NCBI GenBank assembly: GCA_965153285.1
Contig: OZ229115.1
Source: Podarcis tiliguerta
Lineage: Eukaryota
Direction: 5' to 3' (one strand)
DNA: 64,000 nucleotides
The position numbers and the translations under genes were made by a program. This document shows positions 23,696 through 37,841 of this stretch, in pieces. The notes beneath the pieces are model-generated. The model saw nothing but the letters and a program-made list of their open reading frames with translations, was not told where the DNA came from and made no database searches. Numbering within the stretch: position 1 is the stretch's first letter; each line of letters starts with the position of its first letter.

Positions 23696-26600
23696 GCATC
23701 TATTTTATTTTATTTTTAATACAGATTGCTGTCAGATTTTTAAATACTGCCTGCATTCATGAAGGCTATAAATGAACTTATTTTATATGGAAGTTTGTGT
23801 CAAAGCAATGGAAGCAACCAACAAAACTCTATGTTCTCTGCTAGTGTCCCTCATTTCAATTAGGTTTGAATCACATCCATTATCAAACTATAAGCCAGGA
23901 TAATTAACAATTTTACATTCATGCTCATGTCATCCTCAGATTTTATTTGGACTTCTGGGAAGCTAGAGTGAAGAAAAGTAAAAACAGACTTTTAGACCAC
24001 TTTATGTTTTATCTAAAAGTGGCAGTGTGCAGACTCACTCTACTTATCTCCATTTGGCAAGCAATATTTTTCTCTCATGTTGGAGCATTTTCCCAGTCAC
24101 TACTAGCTGATATAGGCCACACACACACACACACACAACGAATCCCTGCTTCCTTCATGTTGAGCCTTCCCATGGAACAGTCACTGATTAAAAGTGACAT
24201 TTAAAATTTCCGGTTTACTTTTTCACTGCCTCTGTTTATTGCCTCTCCCCCTCCTTCCCACACACACACACACACACACACACACTTCATATGGTTGAAG
24301 CCAGCTCACTGCCCCTATTCCATTGTAGCACCTTTTGCTATTGGATGTCATTGTGTAAGCAGTGCATTCCAAGGTAAAATGTTGTTATTCCAAAAAGGAA
24401 TTCTTATCAAGAGGCTTAATTTTAAACGCTTCCAAACCAATAAGGCAGGCTGCTATTAAGATGCTGAATGAGGTGTCAAGAGTTTCACTCACTCACTTGG
24501 TGTCAGCTTGAGCTAGGAAAGCTCATGACCTCTTTAAAGCAGATGCCTCAGGATAACCCTCAGACTGCCCGGTGAAACGACTCGCGTAACACTGGGAAAG
24601 ACAAGGTGTGAATGTCCATGTTCTATGCATATTGTTCATAATTTGGATATAAGGAACAGTTTTATACTGAATTAGGCTAGTGTTCCATTTGGCCCAGTAG
24701 TGTCAACTGCTCTTCAGGAAGACCAAGTGGGGCCTCTACAAGTAGAGCCATCAGATCTCAGGCAAGACTTGGGAAGGGAGTTCATAGTTGTGCATCTCTA
24801 GATAGCTGGGACTCTTCTGCCATTGACAGTTTAGAACACACTTTTAACTAGTTTGTAGAAAAGCAATCAAATCAATGTATTTTTATAACAGCAGAAAATG
24901 AGGTCCACTCTAGATTGGAGTACTAAAAACTATATTTATTGCATGAAAGAGAGCAAGTAAGATGATGACTCATGTGGACCAAGTGGTGATCGTAGAAGCA
25001 GAAGTTGCAAAGTTCCCCCCCCCCAAGATTAAATATTCAAGAGGATAATAGATTGTTGAGTTATTGTATAACTCCCATTCATTTCCATGTGGTTTCTGTT
25101 GGAGAACTTCCCAGTTGACTTGCTCTTTGCCAAATATTAAATAACTCTTTGCAGCCTGAGTGTTCAGGATCAGTTGTGTTACAAACTCAGTAAAAGTGTG
25201 ATCCTATGGCTTTGGAATGACATCCTGGGGGCCATAGGATACAACAGATCTTCTCCACCATTGGTGGAGAGGGAGGTCTGCCATCAGAGAGGGACCCCAG
25301 GATGCTTCCTTATAGTGGTGGCAGAGAGCTCTATTGTTGGTAGTCGAATAACAGAAAGAACAAGGGTGAGTGTTTCCTGGGCACATTGGGGGAAGCTTTG
25401 GATTCAGTGGTTCTAAAGCTCCCTACTGGGCATGCCCTTGGAACAGGAAATAATGATTTCCTTCCCATTAGAGTCTATAGAGCTTTCCCCACCCTCTGCT
25501 GATGTGGGAATCTGGTGTTTCTTCTTCCACTCCCCAATAGGATTGCTTTGTAAATATGTGCTTCTGCTTCATAACAGATGTGTTTGCAACATAGCCAAAT
25601 GCTAACACATATATTTGTGTGTAGAAAGTGGATCAACATGGAAACAATAATTTTTCTTAGAAATATGCAAAGCCCCAAGAACGAAAATCTAACCCACAAA
25701 CTCCCCCTTAGCCTCATTAGGGGATGATAGCTATTCCCCATCTGTTAATTCCTGCCTCTTTGTGATCTGCTGCTACCTAAAAGGGGCAAGTAAGTTGTGC
25801 TATCATAATGAACTGGATAAACAATTCCCCAAACAGATTAAAACTAACTGTAACTTGTAAAGGGTGGGTGGATGGGGGGTATGTAGTAATTATATTTTAT
25901 TAGCTAGCAAAGCACCATTTTTTGCTTTCAAAGGATAATTCTATGTAAATCATCTTAATTAGAAGTGTCAGACAAACCTGTGAAGATCATAGTTAGCAAG
26001 TAATTTCCTATGTATGGGTTATAATTTAAGCCACATGGATCGCTCGCTGTGTGGCAATATGCTGGCCATGAAATAATGTGGGGAGTGTCGGTTGAGGTTA
26101 TTACTATGTAAATGTGTGATCATTTCAGACCGCTCCTGACTTGCTTAGTGATTAAAGAGAATTCTGAGGTCTCCAAAGATTGTGCTCTTTGCAAGGGCCT
26201 GGAGCAGAAAACTTTAAAAGGTGCTGGAAAGTGTTTGAACTTTAAAGGTCGTGATTTCCCTTTTACCATTTTTAATTTGCCACCACTGTTTATGGGAAGG
26301 AAGGTTTCTCTTTGCTTATGGCCTCTCACTTTCTCAACCATCAGGCTAGCGATTAATGATTTGCTCTCGGAAGGACTGGACAAGAGAGAGTGTTGCCGCT
26401 TCACACAATACATTTACCTATGCACATAACTTACCTGTGTGTTTAAAAGCACGATCTCAGACTTGGTTCTTCAATCTCAGAAGAAAAGGCTGAAATGGAG
26501 GCGTCAGCCTGTTCTGGGTTTTGTGTTCTTATAATGAAGCAACGGATATGCAATACTTTTAGGAGGAATGGTCCCTTGGCCTGCCCTGGTAAGACTGTAT

Positions 26601-26769
26601 TAATGCACTGAAGTGTGACCCACAAAAATCACATTCTAATTTTCTAGATGAATTAATCTGGACTAGTTACCGCTAGTTAAATGATCTTCAGCATGTGCTG
26701 TTACTACTGAGAGTAGAATCGGAAGCACTTATACTCCTCCTCAAATATTGTCAACTTGCTTTAACTGTA

Positions 26770-27105
26770 CTCATCGTCTTGAGGCCCTTCTTTGTGTGCC
26801 CCCTGCACAAGAGGCCTGGAAGGTGGCAACACAGGAATGGGCCTTTTTTTTTGCGGTGGCTCCCTGTTTGTGGAGTGCTCCCCACAGGGAGACTTACCTG
26901 ACACCAGGCAAAAGCTTTGGCCTTTTAACTATCTGTGGTCTTTTAGAAGTATGTGGGATGTTTTTAATGTATTTCTCTTTCCTTTTGGTTTTTGTGTATC
27001 CATGTGGGGTGTAAAGTCTGTCTGTTTGTTTGTCCATTCATTTGTAAGTTGCTTTGGGTTGCCCTGGGCATGTTGAAGCAACTAATAAATTCAATAAATA
27101 AAAAT
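26770..27105 (+). mobile_element. L2-like LINE 3' fragment
   Basis: gaggcccttctttgtgtgcccc...gtggctccctgtttgtggagtgc parallels the 58304 copy and ends in an AATAAA-rich tail. Confidence 0.6.
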
Positions 27106-30100
27106 AAGAATCATTCATTTCCTCGCTGCATCATGGAAAGGAAGAATTGGTTAAATACCATAAAGCATATTTAACTGCCAAAATCATAGGAACCGCATTC
27201 CCTTCTGGCCAGTCCTCCGAGAGCCACATGCCAGTGTTGGTTAGGGCCAGAGGCAAAAGTGGGCAGAGCAATAAATGTGAAGATAATTTCTGTATGGTAG
27301 ACTAGTTTCTTCACATTCACACATCTCTCTTTATCCTCCATCCAGCCAAGCAAAAGCCCTCAAGGAAGATGCAAAGCAAGGCTGGTGAGGGGTGTGTCTC
27401 AGGAGGATGTATAACCTGGGGAGAGTCCTGAGGGCTATAGAGAGGAATGGTGGGCCACCATTGTTCCCTGCCCTGAGGAGAAGAGTATGGTGTCTCCACG
27501 ATGACAAATTTTAAAAACCACTTTTGACAATCATTTAGTAAGGATTGGTTAGAAAGAAAGAAAATAGTACAAAGAGAGCAAAACTAACTGGAAGGGAATA
27601 ACATTAAGTAATGGGCAATCTAACACTGGCTTATGCTGGCCAGGGTTTTTTCCCTTTTTTTGTTTGGGTGGCTCCTACTTTTTTAAATTTCCGCTTTGGC
27701 TTCCCAGCAGACATAGTTGAGGGACCCAATCCTGGTGCCTCCCAGGGGAATGAAAGAGCTGTGAACCTGGCACACCCCTGACCGCCTCTGACTCAGTCCC
27801 AGAATACCCAGTTTGGGGGGCTCCCCACAGTGAAAACATCTCCAGTGAATCTAGGGGTTGGGATTGCTCTCTAAATAGGTAAATATCTCACACATGCCAA
27901 CACACACAACACACTTCCCTTTGGTAAGGAATTGGATAACTTGGCCTCCTACCTCCCTGAAGCATGCACAAAAGACCAGCTTTTTGTCAGTGACCCCCAA
28001 AAGCGCATTGGTTGCTATTGAGAAGGGAGGTAGAATTGAGGTTGAGATGACTTTTGGTCTTCAATTTTTGAGGGTGCTGTGATTGCGACAAAGAAGCAGT
28101 GGTGGCATGGGAAGCTTTGCAGTCCCCAGGAGCCAACACCTTCAAAATACCCTCCTCACTTCGTTTTTCTACACCCAGCCATCTGCCAACAAAAGGCAGA
28201 TTAAAGCTAGCCAAATTCAATTTCTACTCACTGCTGCCACAGCTCGACATCTGGGGCTAAAGTGTCCCCGACAAAGCGAACATGACAGCCACATTGCTTT
28301 TTTGTCACATCCAGTAGCATGTTGATCTTCTAAAAGTCTCATAAAAATTTATTGATGTCTCCCATATTGCTGTGATTGGGAAGAAAAGTGCGTGTGTGTA
28401 TGTGTGTGTGTGTTAATGCTTCTAGAATAGATCTGATTTGATATGTCTTGTTCTATTGTCAGCATCTGTTTAGCAAGGCTTTTTAATACTTTCTGGCTGC
28501 CGATCAGTCATCCCTAGCTTGGGATGCCGACTTGCATACAAATTTTATTATTAAGTACAATTCCTTCTCTCCCCACTATCCTCCCCCCCACACCACCCTC
28601 CCCTCTACCTATCCACCCATCCATCCATCAACCCCCCCAAGGCTAAGAAGAGGGACCTCCAGCTGTGGGAGCCCTGCAAGCGCAAGACATCAGCTTGGGT
28701 AACATATTTCAGAGCCACATTTTTGCCTGTTGCAGGTGCTTTGTATCAGTAAATCGAATCATGGGGAAATCATTTATTTCCTAATGCTGTTTGTGGCATG
28801 TTAGCTGGAGAATTTACATGAGAGAGATTACTTTAATAACCAAAAAAATTACAGTGCGGGGTCTCCCCGCCCCGTCGCCTTTGATATGTAATTGTTTCAA
28901 ATTTAACCTGTCTGGAGTGAGGGTGAAAGGCATTATTAAATCTGAAGCATCTTGCTCCAGGGAGGGCGGGGAGGGGGAGGATCACCCTAGTGTGAACCTC
29001 CTTCCAGCCGTTAAATAGAAATGGAGTGAAATTAACAAATCAACCAAGCAGAGAGAAAGAAGGAATTCCTACAGCCTGGAGAAAGGCCCTTCTAATTTTA
29101 GTAATTTGTCTCTCTTTTCTCTGCTCCACATTCTCCTCCTGTGACCCAGTCCTGTGTGATACCTAATGCTCTTCATTCCTGCTAGCGTCTCTGTACATTA
29201 ATTTTGTTCAAGGGCTGAGATCCATACTGGACCAAGGGTCTCAGGGAAAATGTGAACTGCAGAGAAATGTAACCATTTATATTTAGAAATGTAATTCCTT
29301 ATCAGGTATCCTCTGACTAATAGGGACTGTAATCAGTCACAGAGCAACAAGGCAGTGTATATGAATGACTGCACCCAGACAGGGTAATACCAGGAAGGTG
29401 CCTGTCACATCAGCGTCCCACAGGACGCTAACTTTGCAGCAGGATTTCTGGTCAAACAAGGTGGCAAGTGCTTGTAGAGTTTTCAACCAGTTTTTGTGTC
29501 CCATAAGCAGTAGGAGCAGGTGGTAATGCGTTGTGAGACAAGTTATCCACAGCACAGCTAACTACTTTTCTGCATGGCAAGTAGGTCTCTTAATAGTTTC
29601 CCAAATCACCTGTTTTTTCAGCACACTTTGGTTTCAGTTTCACCCCTTTACCTGCCTCTCCTGGACTAGGCTGTGGTTTCATCCAAGATCCTGTCTTACC
29701 CAACATGGCCAGTTCAATAAGTCATCAGGGTTGGGAATTTGCCAGGGCCCAGAACCAGTAAGGGGACAACTAACTGAAAGTGAATGCCACCACTTTGACT
29801 GCCATTTGCTACTAGGATTGACTAGGTTTGGAAGGGACACTAGAGCAAACCCTTAACTAAGTCAAGGTGTTTTTTGTGTTTTTTTAAGAATCTGGCTGAG
29901 ATTTGCCAAGTGTGTATGCCATTAGTTCTGACTAGTTTGCATGCCTTGCTTCCTTCTGCCCTTCAGGGCTGTACTCTCAACAGCTTAATCAGGGTACCAT
30001 AGAGCTCCCTTTGTGCATCCACTCTGCAATGTGATAAAGTGCTACCCTTCGCTCCAATCACTAGGTAATACCACTGCTACCCTGCCTATGAGTCTTCTTT

Positions 30101-31460
30101 AAGCTAGTGGGTGAGCAGCCTTTGATCTTGGGAATGGGGGGATTGCCAGCAAACTCACTCCACTTGCCGCTGGATTCCAGAGCCAGCCTAACCTCTTCTT
30201 ATTCCCCATTGGCACAAATCTTTGGAGTAAGTTACCTATCAGCCTGGCTCATGGGTCACAGGCCATAGAGTGCCTTCCAATTGTTTTGCAAAGCAGTGAA
30301 GCCACTGCTGCAACTTCACAATGGCAGGTTATGAGGGGAGGATAATTGGCTTTGGAACACCCTGTTTTGGGGCTTTCTTCTGGCCTCCTCCATCAGTGTG
30401 GAAGAGGGGACAGCATGAGACAGGCCACATATACAGGAGCCTTGAGAGATGTGGTATTTGGGGGCAATTGTTGCTTTGCCTAGGTGAGAGAAATTGACAG
30501 GATCTACTCTTGGGTTCCTATCAGACAAATGTAAGTTAAGAGAAAGCACTGCTGTGGGGGAATGCTTGAGGTATGTCTATCCAATCTTTGAGCAATGGAG
30601 TCTTTGGTGTAAGAAGAGTTGTGAATGGATGTGTAGTGGTTTGGGCAGGCCATTGTAACACGGGCATGAGAAACCTCCAGACCATCATGCCTCAGAACCA
30701 GATCATGGAGGTCTTTGCAGCCCATGCCCCAACCTAATGGTGTGCCCGCTGCCTCACTCCATGCTCTGCTTTCAGTTTGGTTGCCTCCCTCTGATCTTGC
30801 TGTCCCTCATTCTCCTCTGCAAAAATGAATGAGGAGAGCCAAAGAGAACAAGGAGAGTTATTAAAGGGTCCTCGTCTGAGTTGCCCAAGAAGTCTCCAGA
30901 AGCTGGAGCCAGTCCAGTTAAATGGCCATGGTTTCAAATTGCAACACTATGTGTTACTTCTGTTTATGATACTTAATGGTGTATTTTCCCATAGGGCCAG
31001 GCCTGCCTCCCTAGTGGACATGGAAAGATTTATTATGCTACAGGAATAATGTGGGTGTAAAAGGCAGATGCACATCAGAGCTTCTGTGATACCTAGAGTA
31101 TGATTTTGGATACAGGAAGTCAAAGTTATATCCTTGCTCAGCTTCGAAGTTGACAGGGTAGCACTGAGTGTCACTGTCTCTCAGTCTAATCTGCCTCGCA
31201 GGGTTTTTGTGAGAACACCAATCCTGCTCTGAAGAAAGGGTAGGATTCAAATGTAATATATAAATAATAGGGATAGAAAGTTGGTACAGTGTGGTGGTGA
31301 CGGTCTTCTGTGTGGAAAGTGAGTTCCTAGTTGTCTGGATCTCATCATAGAGGGCTTTACAGCACCAAACCGCCACAAAAGGTCTGAAAAGTCTTACCTT
31401 GTAGAATTTATCTGCCCACTTTCAGTATGGTACTGATACTCTTCTTTTCTCTCTTGACAG

Positions 31461-31506
31461 TAAGAACTCTATATTGAAGGATGTCATGGCTCCAGGTACT
31501 CCCAAG
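31461..31506 (+). CDS. RNF220: RNF220 coding exon (46 bp; (S)KNSILKDVMAPGTPK)
   Basis: Acceptor cttcttttctctcttgacAG and donor GTAAGT at 31507. The first T completes the AG|T Ser codon. Matches recalled RNF220 KNSLLKDAMAPGTPK. Confidence 0.95.
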
Positions 31507-34500
31507 GTAAGTGAGCCAAATTTGGTCACATATTGTTTTCCAATATCCATGCCCCTACAAACACTGTTTCTTGGTCCAATTTGATCTTCCTTTCATAATC
31601 TTCATAACAGTATGTGGTATCAAACAGTTGTCTCGCCCTGTTCACAGACCCTGAAGTTCCCTGGGCAGGGGACAGTCACTTAAGTCTTTATTTCTGCATC
31701 CCTCTTTATATTAGTGCCTCAATACGTAGTGGGTGTGCTTAGAACCCATTGCAAAACCATTTCAGCATTCTAAAATACTTCCAGATTTTACTAGAATTGG
31801 CCTTTGGGTCCCTGCAGTTGGAGATTAAATCATCTTAACTTGTGACCTTCACACTGGGTGCTTTGGAACCAGAGACACTAGTTTAGTGAAGTGGATGTCT
31901 GCAGCAATTCTATCTTCTCTGTCTCCAACCTCCATCTGTAATGTGTTAGGGGTGGGGTGTGCTTAGCTGTGGCTAAACAAATGTGTATGTGGTGGCAAAT
32001 GCAGGGTCATTGCCGAATAATGTAGGAAGTGGCCCTTAGGACCAAGCAGAAAAACTTTGTGGGTTGTTGTGCCACCTGCTGTCATAGGCTACTAGTAATG
32101 TGTGCGCCACACCCTATACAGTGTGGTCTTAGTGCTACTCTGGCAGATCATGAGCTGCCGTTCCTGATTCAGAAACAAACATACACAGCAGAAGCAGGCA
32201 TGCAAGTAAAAGGGAACACATCAATTAAAAATCAAGAATCTTCTTATTCGCCTTTGTGCCTCACAAGGGAGTAGGAAAGAGCAGCATGAAAAGCAGCTCT
32301 TGTACTGTGCATTTTGGTTGTGCTCATTGCTGGATGGTGATAACTCATCTGTCCCAAACACCAAGCCTGAGGAGGCGTTCAATAGGCAGATTAGTTGTTT
32401 GGAAGTAAATATAGAGAGTTAGAGACAGTCACCAGATAAGGAAGAAAAAGGCCTTTTCTCCCAGCAGGGATTGAGCCTTTGAAGCTTCAAGCAACAAAGA
32501 ATCCCATTTGCTTTGAGTGAAGGGATTAAGGCAGGATAGTTGAGGGGTCCTGTGTAACCAAGATCATTTGTCTTCTGTCGCCACATGGCGTCCCCCTCCC
32601 TTCACTCTCCCACCATCACCTAAGAACGTTAAGAAGAGGGGGCTTTTGAATTCTTCTTACAGCCTCTTGGCCTCAGAATTGTTATTCTCAAGTGGCACTT
32701 GCTTGAAGAACAGGCCTGCATGATGCAAAAGGTGCTGCGCTTCTCACTTAATAGCTAGACTAAGTATAAGTCTGCCTTGGTCTTCAACTGGTGGGTCAAG
32801 ATTCCCTATCAAGTCATGGGCTGATCTAAGGTGGGTTGCAACAGCAGTGCTACCACCATTTAAGTATATGGTGAAAAATAAAGAAAGAAATGTCCCTTAA
32901 ATATATGTTTAGGTTAAAAGTGGGTACTGGGTCTGAAAAGGTTGAAGAGTAGTGGTCTAGAAACACCATTCTCTGACATAGAAGTCCTTCCTCCTCAATC
33001 CCTGGTTTGCTGGGATTCTCTATAGTTATTTAGTGGCAAGATAAATGGGTCCCACTTACATGTTTCTGGAAACAATATTGGCATTGATAAAGACCTGCAA
33101 ATTGGCCCTGGAAAGATCCAAGATGCCAAAAATTGTGCAAAGAAAATAGGCAAATTTACTTAAATTGCCCATTTTATGTAGGCTTGCACATTTTAATTTT
33201 CAAAATGGGATCCCCCCTCCCCCCGCCACTAACAGTTGACTAAAATAAATGTTTGGGTGCCAGCTTTGAGACACAAGGATTATTTGTTGAAGATGCAGTA
33301 CATAATGTTTGGTGGGTGCTAAATGCTTGGGTTTAAGAAATGCTAGGATTTAATTCGAACTGGTATGTTAGGACTGGTAATAGCCAGACTTGTGTGTATT
33401 TAAATTGTGGGTTAGCCACTGTTAATCCCCTGGAATTAGCATATGGAATTAGCATATGTGAAGGGTTAATTAACCTAGGCACACTTCCTGGGTTGTGTAA
33501 TATTCACGAAAGCAACAAGTGTTAATGAAGTCAGTCAGGCTTCTTTGTGAGGTGATGGGCAGTGGGATGAGCAATTAGAGAGATCAGAGGATTAGGTATT
33601 AACACAACACAGGATCAAAGGAAATAGGTGTGAGAATACAAATGTGTGGTCTCTTTCTGAGGAGAGTAAAAAAGGAAAGCTGATAAGCTATGGTGTTATT
33701 TCCTGGATTGTGCCCTGCAGTGCAAGAGAGGCTGCAGAGAGAAGGATGGGGCTCTGCTTACCAATGTTGTTACTATGGAATGAGCTGGCAGCTATTGGGA
33801 TGCTACTGCTGTGAGCCCTACCATTGACAGCTCCAGGTTGTATATATGTGTAAATAAACCATCTATCATAAAGACACTACAGCCTTTGTTGAACCTCATT
33901 CCCAAAGGAAACACTAACCCTTGATAAGCATGCCTGAAACCGCAGGAATCTTGCGCAGCCGATTGGAGTGGCGTGTAACAGTGCATTGAAGTTTAAAAAG
34001 AAGAGAGGCAAGGGATGGCAGGGAATTCTGATGCTGCATTATTGTTTCTGGTGGTCTGCCCAACCACTAATATCCTCTGAGGAGGAAGAGTTTGATGAAG
34101 CTGTTTCCAGATATCTCACAGTGGATAGATTCTTTATACTAAATTTTCTCTGTACTTTAAGCCAGAAAAGGCACTATGTACCTAGATTCCTCCATCAGTG
34201 TTCCTGAATCCTTGTAACAGCTTTGCCATGTACTTCTGTGATGACCTTGGGGAAATCACATAATACCTCAGGGCTTCATCTCTAAAAGTGATAGACGATA
34301 AAAGATTAATAATTAAATCTGCTCATTGTGGCTGTAGGGGAGAGAGAGAGACCAGAGAACTGTCCATGTATATTTGAAATATGTCAGCACTTAGGGCTGG
34401 TATTCATGTGGGAGAAAGACTGGGAAAAAGATTGGGTAGTTGTAATTAAGTTTGGAAACATATCCACTAAGGCTGTGATCCTAAGTATACTTTATTGGAA

Positions 34501-37467
34501 GTGAGCATTATTGAAATCAATTAGTCTTACTTCCAAGCACATGGATTTAAGAACAGAATTCCTTCCTTCCTGTCAACCAACAAACCAAATGGATTTTCAC
34601 ATATTCCACATATTTCCACAATATATTCCACATATTGAAAACTCACAGGAGACGTGGAAGACACTCTGGTGCTGGTTTTTAAAAACTAGTTCGAACATAA
34701 CAATATAGAGTGTGCAACGGATGATCTGTGTGCTTTAGGTTGAAATGAGGTTTAGTTCTGACTTCTGTGTCCAAAGTTGAGTGGAAAATAGTACCAAGAA
34801 ACACCTTTATTGAGATTCAAGGAGGATGTCATAGCTCAGTAGTAGAACACATGTTTTGCTTGTAAAATGTCCCAGGTTCAGTCTCTGGCAGGGATGGCAA
34901 TGAACCACTGGCAGTCAGACTGTAGACAACGGGCTTACCCTTACTTCCTCTTCTATCACTGTCTTTCCCCCGGGGGAGGGGAAACTTTTTTGTGTTCTAA
35001 CAGAGCAAACAGCAAGAGGGGGGCAAAAAAAAATGCCCAGGCACCAGTGGCGGAGTGTAAGCCAGCGCTACCTGGGATGTGTGCGTGGGGTGTGCCCCCC
35101 AGGGGGGCGGTGCACAGAGGACGGCCTCCCATGTGCCAGTGTCCAGGGGATAAGAAGGACATGGAAGCTGCCACCTACTCTCCTCCTACTCTTCAGGCCT
35201 GACCCAGGGGCAGAGCTGTGGCCAGGCACAAGCACAGCAGCCAAGATGCAGCTCCTTCTGCTACGCCTATGCCAGGCACAGAACTTTAAAGTGCAGACCT
35301 GGGAAAATTGGGGCAAATAAGTGTGCAAAAGCCCAGAGAGCAAAGTTATTGGGATTCCTTGCATGGCAACATGCTAGCATGGTCAAGTCTTTGCCTTCCC
35401 CAGCTTTCATTGAGGCATAGAGAACCGTGCACTGTTCTCTGGTGTAACTCAAACAGTGGTTCAAATTGCCAGAAGCTGAAGTTGGCTTTCCTCCTTAAGT
35501 GCTGCTGTGGCTTCCTGAAGACAAACAGACAAAGGAGCCAGTGGGAGTATGTGCGTTTACTGGGCATTGGGAAAGTGTCAGAGAATAAAAGATGCTGGTG
35601 GTGTTCGCGTCTTGAGATGCTGAGACCACTGGTGCTGTTACAAAGCACCGCAAAAGCTGGTATCACTCATTGCATTCGGGTTACAGTTCCCAAGTGATAA
35701 CAGCTATTAGCAACACTTTGACTGCTTCCCCACCATGCAGGGGAGGGCAGGAGACAGAAAACATGTCAAGCCATCACCTCCATGTTAAGTGATAAGTACC
35801 TATTTAGATGGCAGAGTTAAAGTCCAACGCATCAGGCAGGAAACACTTTGCGCAGGAGAGAAGGGAAAGGCCAGAGCGAGATGTAAAAAGCAGGGTTAGG
35901 GTATTTGTTGTGCTGACAGCAGCTGTGATTGATTGTTTAAGAGAAATAAACTGCCTGTGTTTTCGGGGCTATCAAAAAGCAGGAGCCCAGCACTTAATAG
36001 TCTCAAATGGGTGGCCTTGAAAGGAAACAAAGTGTCACTGCTGCCGGCTCACCGCTTCCCAGTGCTGACATCTGACCTGTCTCTGAGACAGGGAGGGGAT
36101 AGTTTTAGGAGAGGCAGCAATGAGCGTATGTTACAATCTTGATGTGTTTTCTTGGCTGTGGGCTGCTCCCAATCATAGGTGTCCCTTGCCTTGTGCTTGC
36201 TTCCACCCATGTCCCTGGGGTCAGCATGGCACACTCACCTGTTTATGTAAGCACATACATGTATGCATCCGACATGCACGGGCACTTCTTATACACATAC
36301 ACACAGAGTGAGCAGTCATTCACCTAGCCCAGGCATGGCCAGGCTTGCAGAGACTGGTTCGTTTTTTTACCAGCACTTTGAGCTCCTGCAACCAGTACCA
36401 GAGGCAAAAGGATGGCTCCAGGGAAGAAACCAGTTACCTATCTCCACTGCCCCACACCTACCCTGGCCACTTTAGTCTTGCATATCCAAGTACAAATATC
36501 TGAACTCTGCAGTAACTCTGGAACCCTAGCACCTCAGTTTAAGGTTTCTGCTATTGCTGATGTTAAATAACTGAGAGGCAGAACCTCCTGCTGATCTACT
36601 ATCTACCAGTAGATTCTGATATACCTTCTAACATGCAGATGATAAAACAATTTCAAAACACTCACACCTGCATGAGTTTTTCTTGCCTGTGCGCATGAAC
36701 ACATAGGCGCTCTCGCAATCATTCGGAGATATATTCAAGAGCAGCAAGATCTATCCTGTATGTGGACCTGTACCTCATTTACACTACCCAAATTTTTGGG
36801 ATGGGTGAGTAGAGGTAAGGAGGGATTTTCTTGCTCTCTTGTCTCCCACAACAGGTACCAGTGGCAGAGTAGATAAAGGGAAGGGGAACTGGTAAGCAGC
36901 CATTGTCATTGTCCTCCTCTTCCTTCATTTGAAAGAGTCTCAACACCACCTCTCCCTTCCTCTTTTACCTGTGGCTCCCAAAGTGGCCCATTCCTATATC
37001 TTTTTCCTTGCTGAAGAGGTGCTTTAACCTCTTGAAAGAGAGCACAGATATCCCTGTTTGCAATGAGGATGTCTCATGCTGTCCACTTCCGTTCAAGCTT
37101 AGTGACCTATTGACTCCCTCCCCATTTCCAACTCCCCTGCAAGAGGGGCCTCCCCACCCCCATCAACAAGCATTTTGAAGCAGGTTGCGTTCGCTCGAGA
37201 GTGACATTTTCACAGTCACAGTTGCAACATCCTATATGGGCTTATTGGTTTCAGTAACCCGATAGCAGTTTATCCAGTGTTATTGTCAAACAAATTATTA
37301 CAGAACATCTAGTCAAACAAACTATTTATGGCTTGCAGAGAAAGAAACCTTGGAGGTAACTGTTTCTCTGCCTTTCTAACTGATTGAGGTGGTTACTTTG
37401 TTAACAGGAGTATTTAGGCTGACTTTTCTGGGTAGGAGCACCACACACCATAAAACCAAAAGACTCA

Positions 37468-37841
37468 GGGCTCATCCCCACTTCCTCTTGTCCTGCTGTT
37501 TTCTCCTGGGGAAAACCAATCTTTAGTACTCAATTGGAGCAAAGGGCAACTTGGGTTTGCTCCTATAGAACTTTAAAGAGAGGAGTTTTGCAGGGAAAGC
37601 TCTGGAGCAAAACAAGAGCACTCAGAAATAAGCTCTGAGTTCTGTGTAATAACTTTGGACTGTTTGTGCACATTGCTGCTTGCTTCAGCTCCAGTGTGTT
37701 CCCACCACTGGTGTTTGAAGGGAAAGGATTGTGGCAAGGGGAAAACTGCTCAAACCCATGCCTAGAAAGTGTGGCTCAAGCAGAAAACTGTTCAGATCTG
37801 TGCTTTCCAGGCACAGGACAAGCGGAAGTGTGGATGAGCCC
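37468..37841. mobile_element. PIF/Harbinger-like MITE
   Basis: TIRs GGGCTCATCCCCACTTCC / GGAAGTGTGGATGAGCCC with TCA/TGA flanks. Related ends occur near 2485-2503 and 22900-23070. Confidence 0.65.
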
